Of a stretch of DNA of 13,322 nucleotides, positions 1 through 7,231 are shown piece by piece. Below the pieces are notes generated by a model. It made no database searches. It saw nothing but the letters and a program-made list of their open reading frames with translations, and was not told the origin of the DNA. The position numbers were made by a program, and so were the translations under genes. Numbering within the stretch: position 1 is the stretch's first letter; each line of letters opens with the position of its first letter. The stretch is from UHGV virus genome UHGV-1734956; one strand, given 5' to 3'. The stretch is from a virus.

Positions 1-38
1 ACCCTGTTTTCCTTGCCATAGACACCATCCCTGTCTTC

Positions 39-64
39 CCCCACATGATGTGGGGTTTTTTTTT
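39..64 (+). terminator. Rho-independent terminator-like hairpin (CCCCACA / TGTGGGG stem, 3-nt loop) followed by a T9 run
   Basis: Read directly: ccccacaTGAtgtgggg then ttttttttt on the + strand. May terminate a rightward-transcribed flanking gene or belong to the att core region. Confidence 0.55.
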
Positions 65-150
65 ATCAATTACTTACATGCAATCAAAAGTAAAAACAGG
101 TACTTATCGAAAGCTGTAAGGGTTTGGAGCGGTTTCAAAATTTCTTGAGT

Positions 151-170
151 GTGGACACTATGTGGACACT
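151..170. promoter_or_regulatory. Tandem direct repeat GTGGACACT-AT-GTGGACACT, putative integrase arm-type binding sites next to the int 3' end
   Basis: Two perfect 9-bp copies 11 bp apart, about 15-35 bp beyond the int stop. Contains TGTGGACA, which I recall as the P2 Int arm-site consensus (from memory, not verified). Confidence 0.4.
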
Positions 171-183
171 CAGAGGGGGAAAT

Positions 184-1164
184 TTATAACGTCACTCCGC
201 CTTTTAGTGGATTCAGAGCGACGGCATTTTGCAGATAGTCAGGCGCAAGGTGCGCATAGGCCATCGTCTGCTGAATGCTCGCATGTCCCAGAATCTGTTG
301 CAGTGCGATTATATTGCCCCCATTCATCATGAAATGGCTTGCGAATGTATGCCGCAGGATGTGGGTTGCCTGATTGGGTGGTATATCAGGTTTCACTCTG
401 CGTAAAATCCCGCAAAATTTCTCATAATCAACTTTGAATAATTTGGCGCTGGCCTCCTCTTTAACTTTTTTCTCCAGTTCCTCAGAAATCGGCACGGTTC
501 GCTTTTTACCGTTTTTGGTTTTCAGGAAGGTAACCCTGCAATTTGTAATCTGTGCTGGTTTTAGCGTGGCAACTTCCGTCCATCTTCCTCCAGTGCTCAG
601 ACATAAAAGCGCGACAAGTAAGTCATCACCAGCCAAAACATTTAACAGTTTTTCGATTTCTGCTTTTTCCAGGAACGTCATTTCAGGGTTGGCCTCCGCC
701 AGTGGCGGCAGTCCGTGAATTGGGTGTTGCCCGGAAAATTCATCCAATTGAATTAATTTTGTGAACATGCCGGATAATCGGTACATGTCACGGTTTATCG
801 TTGCGGCACTGATACCATCACGTAGTCGCATGGAACGATAATCCATCAAAGCCCTTTTGCTCATCCTGCTCACTGGTATATCACCTATGCCGCTGATGGT
901 TTTGAGTAGATGATTAAACTCTTTTGTTCCATGCTCGTGGTTTTGCCCGTGATATTTCCACCAGATGTCCAGCAACTCACTCAAAGTCCGGCGGTCTGCT
1001 CGCTGGCCTCCCCATTCTTTCTGACTGGCATTGGCGATTGTGTATCGCTCAAATGCTAGTGCTTCAGCTTTTCTTTCGAATTTCCTGCGGATGCGTTTTC
1101 CGTCGCGACCGCGAGGTCTAATGTCCACTTCATAGCGACCATCATCGAGCTTCTTAATTGCCAT
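184..1164 (-). CDS. int: Tyrosine recombinase / phage integrase (P2 Int-like)
   Basis: C-terminal ...ATHILRHTFASHFMMNGGNIIALQQILGHASIQQTMAYAHL is the tyrosine-recombinase catalytic region. N-terminus MAIKKLDDGRYEVDIRP matches what I recall of P2 Int. ATG at 1164 has a GGAGG 8 nt upstream, whereas the longer-ORF ATG at 1194 has none. Stop TAA at 184-186. Confidence 0.9.
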   Translation of the reverse strand: MAIKKLDDGRYEVDIRPRGRDGKRIRRKFERKAEALAFERYTIANASQKEWGGQRADRRTLSELLDIWWKYHGQNHEHGTKEFNHLLKTISGIGDIPVSRMSKRALMDYRSMRLRDGISAATINRDMYRLSGMFTKLIQLDEFSGQHPIHGLPPLAEANPEMTFLEKAEIEKLLNVLAGDDLLVALLCLSTGGRWTEVATLKPAQITNCRVTFLKTKNGKKRTVPISEELEKKVKEEASAKLFKVDYEKFCGILRRVKPDIPPNQATHILRHTFASHFMMNGGNIIALQQILGHASIQQTMAYAHLAPDYLQNAVALNPLKGGVTL

Positions 1165-1233
1165 AAGAAAGCCCTCCGGCGCTGTATTCACCATCTTGGT
1201 AGCAAATGGTGAAAATGTAATCTTTATATAGAG

Positions 1234-1527
1234 TTAGCCAATCCTTTTCGCGGAGTGGTTGGACTCTGTTGACTCTGGCCCAATGTGCGCGAGAGCCGGT
1301 GCGATTTGTCCTGCGTCCGGCGCGGTTTTATCTGTCATAAGCCATAGAGCATATTTTTGGAATGTGGGATGCATAGTGATTTTTAGCAAAGCTGTGCCAC
1401 CGGGTTCAAAGTTTCCTCCTTCATATTTTTTAAGTGTGCTTAGCGGTAACTCTATGATTTCACAGAATTTTGATTGGCTTAGCCCTTCAGCCTCACGCAA
1501 GGCCTTAATCTTTTCGCTTAATTTCAT
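1234..1527 (-). CDS. C: Immunity repressor (P2 C-like, helix-turn-helix)
   Basis: 97 aa. HTH-like segment LSQSKFCEIIELPLSTLKKYEGG. Sits immediately upstream of int on the same strand and divergent from the cox-like gene, as in the P2 C-int arrangement. Confidence 0.75.
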   Translation of the reverse strand: MKLSEKIKALREAEGLSQSKFCEIIELPLSTLKKYEGGNFEPGGTALLKITMHPTFQKYALWLMTDKTAPDAGQIAPALAHIGPESTESNHSAKRIG

Positions 1528-1648
1528 TTGACATGGTGCCTATATAGGGACTAAATTCCCTCAAAACTGGAACCTATATAGGTTCCATTGATTTGAGAAT
1601 AAACCAGCGTCTAAACGGTTTTGAGTGGTTTAGAAAGGGCTGGATCCT
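1528..1648. promoter_or_regulatory. Lysis-lysogeny switch region between divergent C and cox; two CCTATATAGG palindromes as putative operator/promoter elements
   Basis: CCTATATAGG at 1539-1548 and 1573-1582, the second inside a perfect 18-bp palindrome GGAACCTATATAGGTTCC (1569-1586). The 121-bp gap separates divergently transcribed repressor and cox genes. Confidence 0.5.
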
Positions 1649-1936
1649 ATGAGGGTACCATATATGGACGCTGAAAATTATGTGATTCAGTATCCGCTTA
1701 ATGCGGTTCATGTGGATAAATTTGCTGATTTATTAGGGAAGCCAAAGACAGCCGTCAGTGAAATGGTGAAGGCAAATAAATTACCAATTATTGAATTGCG
1801 TGATCCTTGCAAACCGAAGGCTCGTGCCGGTGAAAAATGGGTTTTCATTCCTGAGTTTAATCGCGCTGTACGAGAGGCGTTTTATAACCGACCAGTTGAA
1901 CAGCGTGATGCATGGCTTTTGTGGATGGGGTTGTGA
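1649..1936 (+). CDS. cox: Cox-like excisionase / transcriptional regulator (start may instead be the ATG at 1664)
   Basis: About 90-95 aa, first gene of the rightward early operon opposite the repressor. Ends ...RDAWLLWMGL, similar to my recollection of the P2 Cox C-terminus. Purine-rich SD-like sequence precedes both candidate starts. Confidence 0.7.
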   Translation: MRVPYMDAENYVIQYPLNAVHVDKFADLLGKPKTAVSEMVKANKLPIIELRDPCKPKARAGEKWVFIPEFNRAVREAFYNRPVEQRDAWLLWMGL

Positions 1937-1938
1937 TT

Positions 1939-2109
1939 ATGAGTGAACCGCGTTGTATTGCTCAGTTACTGCGTAACGAAAGCCCCAGGGCGATTGACTT
2001 CACCATCACCCACGGGAAGGGACGCAAGGGAATCATTATCCGCACCAAAAAACAGAGTCCGTTAAAGAAGGCTCTGACCTTTCTGAAAAGCCGGAGGGTC
2101 TGGAAATGA
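1939..2109 (+). CDS. Small early protein (P2 orf78-like position)
   Basis: ATG 2 nt after the cox stop; its stop overlaps the B start (ATGA). Basic, 56 aa. Supported by position and coupling only. Confidence 0.4.
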   Translation: MSEPRCIAQLLRNESPRAIDFTITHGKGRKGIIIRTKKQSPLKKALTFLKSRRVWK

Positions 2110-2606
2110 CAGTGATGACGCTTAATCTCGTTGAAAAACAGCCAGCAGCTATGCGCCGGATAATTGGTAAGCATCTGGCCGTCCCTCGCTGGCAGGATAC
2201 ATGTGATTATTATAATCAGATGATGGAACGCGAACGGCTAACGGTTTGCTTTCATGCGCAGTTAAAACAACGTCATGCAACGATGCGTTTTGAAGAAATG
2301 AACGACGTCGAACGTGAACGGCTGGTTTGTGCAATTGATGAATTGCGTGGGGCATTCTCAAAACGCCGTCAGGTTGGCGCAAGTGAGTATGCATATATTA
2401 GTTTTTTAACAGTCAGTCAGCGTCGTACTTTATTTATGCATGCCGGATTGACTGAAAAAGAATTCAACCAGCCATACTGGCGAATTAATGAAGAGTCATG
2501 TTACTGGCGTGATGCCTTATTCCGTGCATTACGTGAATTATTCAGCCTGTTTGAGTATGCACCGACAATTCTGACGTCGGTAAAACCAGAGCAATATCTG
2601 CATTAA
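2106..2606 (+). CDS. B: Replication protein B-like (P2 gpB-like)
   Basis: 166 aa, the length I recall for P2 gpB. GGAGG 8 nt upstream. Position between cox/orf78 and the small-ORF block matches P2. Confidence 0.7.
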   Translation: MTVMTLNLVEKQPAAMRRIIGKHLAVPRWQDTCDYYNQMMERERLTVCFHAQLKQRHATMRFEEMNDVERERLVCAIDELRGAFSKRRQVGASEYAYISFLTVSQRRTLFMHAGLTEKEFNQPYWRINEESCYWRDALFRALRELFSLFEYAPTILTSVKPEQYLH

Positions 2607-2669
2607 GTAATTAACCAGAGTTTTTAACGCACTTAATCGTGCGGGGCTTCTTTTTGCCTGGAGAAAGTC

Positions 2670-2894
2670 ATGCATACAGTTTCTGAAAATCAGTGCGGTA
2701 AATACGCATTACTGCTGCAACAGGCCAGAACCGAAGCACAGGCTGACGCTGCGACGCGCTTTTCTTCTCATCTTGACACCATGATTCGCCACATCACAAA
2801 GGCGGAGTTATCCCGCGTGGAGATAGTCGAGCTGCTCAGTCAGGAGTCGGAAAAATTTCACAATATCGGATTGTCTCGCGGGGAGGTGCTTTGA
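2670..2894 (+). CDS. Hypothetical early protein (P2 orf80-like position)
   Basis: 74 aa; GGAG 7 nt upstream of the ATG; stop overlaps the next start (TGATG). Confidence 0.55.
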   Translation: MHTVSENQCGKYALLLQQARTEAQADAATRFSSHLDTMIRHITKAELSRVEIVELLSQESEKFHNIGLSRGEVL

Positions 2895-3196
2895 TGTCCT
2901 GTTCTCATTCAGTTGTATTACTGAATAACGCCTTAAAAATCGCCGTTATGAAAAATGGCGATTTGTCTCTTATTCAACTTTGTCTTGATAAAGAAAAACG
3001 CGACATCACTGAATCTGTTATCGCGATTTATCAGAACGAATTAAACCTCCTGTCTGATGTGGTCAATTTACTTGTTAAACGCGCTGTGTTTCACAAGCAA
3101 ATCTCCTCCGTGGATGAACTGACGAAATTAACGACAGAAATCGCCAGCTATTGCGCTGATGAATTTAAAAACCTTAACGACAAAAGGAACTGGTAA
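2894..3196 (+). CDS. Hypothetical early protein (P2 orf81-like position)
   Basis: ATG at 2894 (the track's 2891 start is a TTG one codon upstream). GGGAGG upstream. Stop overlaps the next start (TAATG). Confidence 0.55.
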   Translation: MSCSHSVVLLNNALKIAVMKNGDLSLIQLCLDKEKRDITESVIAIYQNELNLLSDVVNLLVKRAVFHKQISSVDELTKLTTEIASYCADEFKNLNDKRNW

Positions 3197-3420
3197 TGCC
3201 GGACAACGTAGATTTTATTCAGGAACAACAAGCTGAATTACTGGAGCGCCAGATTAACGCGGCAAGGGTAAAACATTGCGGTGCTTCTGCGCTGGTTTGC
3301 GAAGAGTGTGACGCGCCAATACCTGCTGCCCGTCGTGCGGCTTACCCGTCAGCCACGCGTTGTGTTTCCTGTCAGTCAGTCTTTGAAGCAAAAAACAAAC
3401 ATTACCGGAGAACGGCATGA
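3196..3420 (+). CDS. TraR/DksA-family C4 zinc-finger protein (P2 orf82-like)
   Basis: CxxC-N(about 20)-CxxC: C-EEC ... C-VSC in a 74-aa protein; AAGGA upstream; stop overlaps the next start (ATGA). Confidence 0.65.
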   Translation: MPDNVDFIQEQQAELLERQINAARVKHCGASALVCEECDAPIPAARRAAYPSATRCVSCQSVFEAKNKHYRRTA

Positions 3421-3695
3421 GTATTCGTATTGAAATTGGCGAACGTTATGTCGTTACCAGTGACAGCTTTCAGTTTATTCTCCACGAGAAAAAGAGAGCG
3501 GAAAGCGGTAAAAACGCCGGTCAGGAATGGCTGGCGGTGGTTGGTTATTACCCGAAATTAAGCCAGCTCGTTTCCGGCCTGATGCATCACGATATTCTGA
3601 CCGGAAGCGCAAAGTCTTTTGCTGATTTAAACGCGCAGGTTGAGCAAATTAGTCAGCAATGTCTGACTGCATTTAACCATAAGTTCAGCCAATAA
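3417..3695 (+). CDS. Hypothetical early protein (P2 orf83-like position)
   Basis: 92 aa, coupled to the upstream ORF, GGAG upstream. Confidence 0.55.
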   Translation: MSIRIEIGERYVVTSDSFQFILHEKKRAESGKNAGQEWLAVVGYYPKLSQLVSGLMHHDILTGSAKSFADLNAQVEQISQQCLTAFNHKFSQ

Positions 3696-3709
3696 GCAGG
3701 GGACAGGTC

Positions 3710-4528
3710 GTGAATAACGTTGTTCATTACCACGGAACTCCTGTGTGGGGTGATGCAGGAAATGTTCATCGTATTGCTGTGAGTGGTGCAGGGGCATTTG
3801 TTTCCTATGCCCGGCCTGACCAACTCGTTGCCTCATTTAAACATGCTAAGTCCGTGGCGATTGATAATGGGGCTTTTTCAGCATGGAAAAGTGGCCTTGT
3901 TATCGACTGGCAGAAGTTTTATCAGTGGATTGCCCCTCATTATTATCATCCCAAACTGGCTTTCTTTGTCATACCTGATGTGGTGGACGGGGATGAAGCG
4001 GACAACGATGCGCTGATTAAAGCGTTGCCTCGTTGTTTTAGAGAAAAAGCTACTCCAGTCTGGCATCTGCATGAATCCTTGCAACGCCTTGTCGAACTTT
4101 GCCGGGAATGGCCTCGTGTTTGTTTTGGTTCTTCTGGCGATTACGCCACTGTCAGAACTGCACTCTGGCATAGCCGGATGCAGGATGCATTTGAAACCAT
4201 TTATCTTAAATATGGTTTTAGTACCCGCATTCATGGTCTGCGCATGCTTGATGGGCGCATTCTCGGTAATTATCCGCTGCATACAGCAGACAGCACTAAC
4301 CTTGCCTGTAACGTACCAAAATATCTTATCAAATATCCCGAACTGACAAGGGCAATCAGTGAGGCAGACTATACACAAAAACTTTCTGAGAAGGAGTTGA
4401 AGGCGTTCATCCTTAAAGGACGGTGTGCAATTCTGAAAAATTCTGTGGAGTCGGTTTTTCCTCCATCGATTGCTGAATGGGCATCAAATAGCCTTGCTCC
4501 ATCACAAATGGAGTTAGCTTTCGCATGA
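3710..4528 (+). CDS. Hypothetical 272-aa protein inserted between the orf83-like gene and A; function unknown (weak, speculative TGT/DpdA-like motif resemblance)
   Basis: GTG start with a purine-rich SD; stop overlaps the A start (ATGA). No equivalent gene at this position in canonical P2 as I recall it. Motifs HGTPVWGD and AIDNGAFSAWKSG loosely resemble the TGT-family TPxFMPVGT and DSGGFQ motifs. Confidence 0.6.
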   Translation: MNNVVHYHGTPVWGDAGNVHRIAVSGAGAFVSYARPDQLVASFKHAKSVAIDNGAFSAWKSGLVIDWQKFYQWIAPHYYHPKLAFFVIPDVVDGDEADNDALIKALPRCFREKATPVWHLHESLQRLVELCREWPRVCFGSSGDYATVRTALWHSRMQDAFETIYLKYGFSTRIHGLRMLDGRILGNYPLHTADSTNLACNVPKYLIKYPELTRAISEADYTQKLSEKELKAFILKGRCAILKNSVESVFPPSIAEWASNSLAPSQMELAFA

Positions 4529-6738
4529 CGATTTATGCTTACTCCTGGAACAAACCAAATGAAGCAATAGGACGCGAAAGATCTCTTACACGTGACGAGA
4601 TGCGTCAGGTGCAAGGTGTTTTATCCACGATTAACCGCCTGCCTTACTTTTTGCGTTCGCTGTTTACTTCACGCTATGACTACATCCGGCGCAATAAAAG
4701 CCCGGTGCACGGGTTTTATTTCCTCACATCCACTTTTCAGCGTCGTTTATGGCCGCGCATTGAGCGTGTGAATCAGCGCCATGAAATGAACACCGACGCG
4801 TCGTTGCTGTTTCTGGCAGAGCGTGACCACTATGCGCGCCTGCCTGGAATGAATGACAAGGAGCTGAAAAAGTTTGCCGCCCGTATCTCATCGCAGCTTT
4901 TCATGATGTATGAGGAACTCTGCGATGCATGGGTTGATGCGCATGGTGAAAAAGAATCGCTGTTTACGGATGAGGCGCAGGCTCACCTGTATGGTCATGT
5001 TGCTGGCGCTGCACGTGCTTTCAATATTTCCCCGCTCTACTGGAAAAAATACCGTAAAGGACAGATGACCACGAGGCAGGCATATTCTGCCATTGCCCGC
5101 CTGTTTAACGATGAGTGGTGGACTCATCAGCTTAAAGGCCAGCGTATGCGCTGGCATGAGGCGTTACTGATTGCTGTCGGGGAGGTCAATAAAGACCGTT
5201 CTCCTTATGCCAGTAAACATGCCATTCGTGATGTGCGTGCGCGCCGCCAGGCAAATCTGGAATTTCTTAAATCGTGTGACCTCGAAAACAGGGAAACCGG
5301 CGAACGCATCGACCTTATCAGTAAGGTGATGGGCAGTATTTCTAATCCTGAAATTCGCCGGATGGAGCTGATGAACACCATTGCCGGTATTGAGCGTTAC
5401 GCCGCCGCAGAGGGTGATGTGGGGATGTTTATCACGCTGACCGCGCCGTCAAAGTATCACCCGACACGTCAGGTCGGAAAAGGCGAAAGTAAAACCGTTC
5501 AGCTTAATCACGGCTGGAACGATGAGGCATTTAATCCAAAGGATGCGCAGCGTTATCTCTGCCGTATCTGGAGCCTGATGCGCACGGCATTCAAGGATAA
5601 TGATTTACAGGTCTACGGTTTGCGAGTCGTCGAGCCACACCACGACGGAACGCCGCACTGGCATATGATGCTTTTTTGTAATCCACGCCAGCGTAACCAG
5701 ATTATCGAAATCATGCGTCGCTATGCGCTCAAAGAGGATGGCGACGAAAGAGGAGCCGCGCGAAACCGTTTTCAGGCGAAACACCTTAACCGGGGCGGTG
5801 CTGCGGGGTATATCGCGAAATACATCTCAAAAAATATCGACGGCTATGCACTGGATGGTCAGCTCGATAATGATACCGGCAGACCGCTGAAAGACACTGC
5901 CGCGGCTGTTACCGCATGGGCGTCAACGTGGCGCATCCCGCAATTTAAAACGGTTGGTCTGCCGACAATGGGGGCTTACCGTGAACTACGCAAATTGCCT
6001 CGCGGCGTCAGCATTGCTGATGAGTTTGACGAGCGCGTCGAGGCTGCACGCGCCGCCGCAGACAGTGGTGATTTTGCGTTGTATATCAGCGCGCAGGGTG
6101 GGGCAAATGTCCCGCGCGATTGTCAGACTGTCAGGGTCGCCCGTAGCCCGTCGGATGACGTTAACGAGTACGAGGAAGAAGTCGAGAGAGTGGTCGGCAT
6201 TTACGCGCCGCATCTCGGCGCGCGTCATATTCATATCACCAGAACGACGGACTGGCGCATTGTGCCGAAAGTTCCGGTCGTTGAGTCTTTGACTTTAAAA
6301 AGCGGCATCGCCGCGCCTCGGAGTCCTGTCAATAACTGTGGAAAGCTCACCGGTGGTGATACTTCGTTACCGGCTCCCACACCTTCTGAGCACGCCGCAG
6401 CAGTGCTTAATCTGGTTGATGACGGTATTATCGAATGGAATGAGCCGGAGGTCGTGAAGGCGCTCAGGGGCGCATTAAAACACGGGCTGAGAACGCCAAA
6501 CCGTCAGCAAAGAAACGGAAGCACGTTAAAACCACATGAAATTGCACCATCGGCCAGACTGAGCCGGTCGGAACGATTGCAAATCACCCGTATCCGCGTT
6601 GACCTTGCTCAGAATGGAATCTTGCCCCAGCGATGGGAGCTTGAGGCGCTGGCGCGTGGGGCAACCGTAAATTATGACGGGAAACAATTCACGTATCTGG
6701 CTGCTGATGAGTGGCCGGGATTCTCAACAAACATATAA
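4525..6738 (+). CDS. A: Rolling-circle replication initiator (P2 gpA-like HUH endonuclease)
   Basis: 737 aa. HUH-type motif EPHHDGTPHWHMMLF (about 5630-5675) and paired-tyrosine motif AAGYIAKYISKN (about 5800-5835), as in phiX174 gpA / P2 gpA-type initiators. Last gene of the early operon. Confidence 0.9.
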   Translation: MTIYAYSWNKPNEAIGRERSLTRDEMRQVQGVLSTINRLPYFLRSLFTSRYDYIRRNKSPVHGFYFLTSTFQRRLWPRIERVNQRHEMNTDASLLFLAERDHYARLPGMNDKELKKFAARISSQLFMMYEELCDAWVDAHGEKESLFTDEAQAHLYGHVAGAARAFNISPLYWKKYRKGQMTTRQAYSAIARLFNDEWWTHQLKGQRMRWHEALLIAVGEVNKDRSPYASKHAIRDVRARRQANLEFLKSCDLENRETGERIDLISKVMGSISNPEIRRMELMNTIAGIERYAAAEGDVGMFITLTAPSKYHPTRQVGKGESKTVQLNHGWNDEAFNPKDAQRYLCRIWSLMRTAFKDNDLQVYGLRVVEPHHDGTPHWHMMLFCNPRQRNQIIEIMRRYALKEDGDERGAARNRFQAKHLNRGGAAGYIAKYISKNIDGYALDGQLDNDTGRPLKDTAAAVTAWASTWRIPQFKTVGLPTMGAYRELRKLPRGVSIADEFDERVEAARAAADSGDFALYISAQGGANVPRDCQTVRVARSPSDDVNEYEEEVERVVGIYAPHLGARHIHITRTTDWRIVPKVPVVESLTLKSGIAAPRSPVNNCGKLTGGDTSLPAPTPSEHAAAVLNLVDDGIIEWNEPEVVKALRGALKHGLRTPNRQQRNGSTLKPHEIAPSARLSRSERLQITRIRVDLAQNGILPQRWELEALARGATVNYDGKQFTYLAADEWPGFSTNI

Positions 6739-6799
6739 AAATGATTGAAATGGTTGATTTTGCTTCCACTTGATGGTTGGTATCAGCAACTGATGGATC

Positions 6800-7060
6800 A
6801 TGCGGAACTGCGTGGCAATCTTGCTTTGGAAGCATGTCATTATGACTAATGCATACATTACTAGCTATGCGTCCGGTTCCGCCATTGTACTCGTGCAAGA
6901 GTCTCCGGCTGATGGCTATTGTTTACAAATTATGGTCAAAGAGAATCTGACCCTCTACGAGTTGGTCGGAGGGACTGAGATCGTCAGTGATAACTGCAGC
7001 CGTATGGGAGAAATAAATAATCCCAACCGTCCATATTTCTACCTTCACGCGTGCCCATAA
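6800..7060 (+). CDS. Small hypothetical ORF in the variable hotspot (86 aa; alternative start at 6842 gives 72 aa)
   Basis: Open frame only; no recognisable motif and weak ribosome-binding context. Position corresponds to the variable region downstream of A. Confidence 0.3.
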   Translation: MRNCVAILLWKHVIMTNAYITSYASGSAIVLVQESPADGYCLQIMVKENLTLYELVGGTEIVSDNCSRMGEINNPNRPYFYLHACP

Positions 7061-7081
7061 TCTGTCACCACGTTGACCATA

Positions 7082-7124
7082 GAAAATCCCGCCGACGCTG
7101 AAACTCGCTTTCAGTGCTGGCGGG
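7082..7124 (-). terminator. Long GC-rich hairpin (about 16-bp imperfect stem, loop CTCGC) followed on the - strand by AUUUUCU; putative terminator for the RT gene, possibly bidirectional
   Basis: CCCGCC(7088-7093)/GGCGGG(7119-7124) outer stem with CTGAAA/TTTCAG inner stem. Lies between the convergent + small ORF / A operon and the - strand RT gene. Confidence 0.45.
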
Positions 7125-7187
7125 GTTGAACAACGAGCTTGCGAGGCGTTAGGGATGTCGAAATTTCATATGACTGTTCGCTTTAAT

Positions 7188-7231
7188 GCTTAACGAAGTC
7201 ATGTTGAGTTAATAACATTGTTTCGTTAAGC
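7188..7231. repeat. Perfect 10-bp inverted repeat GCTTAACGAA ... TTCGTTAAGC with a 24-nt loop that itself contains ATGTT...AACAT; overlaps the RT stop codon
   Basis: Read directly: arms at 7188-7197 and 7222-7231; the RT TAA (7226-7228, - strand) lies inside the right arm. Confidence 0.6.

Noticed and set aside
1-1194. P4-like satellite with a tRNA-targeting integrase
   Set aside because: Integrase plus cos first suggested a P4-type satellite, but the gene order (C, cox, B, A, then cos, Q, P, O, N), the HUH initiator and the head genes are those of a full P2-like helper-type phage. No tRNA-like sequence is visible at the left end.
1164-1194. Longer integrase start at 1194 (MVNTAPEGFL...)
   Set aside because: No Shine-Dalgarno sequence upstream, whereas the ATG at 1164 has GGAGG at ideal spacing and gives the N-terminus MAIKKL... 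expected for P2-type Int.
2607-2669. Intrinsic terminator between B and the next small ORF
   Set aside because: Only a 4-bp stem (GCAC/GTGC) with a nearby T5 run; too weak to call, and the downstream gene has its own ribosome-binding site consistent with read-through.
3878-4378. 166-aa - strand ORF and small + strand ORFs inside the 272-aa gene
   Set aside because: Embedded in, and antisense or out of frame to, the coupled early-operon gene; Cys-rich unnatural composition.
4888-6292. ORFs 4888..5157 (-), 5954..6292 (+), 5986..6234 (-) within gene A
   Set aside because: Shadow ORFs inside the 737-aa initiator gene, which has strong motif support.
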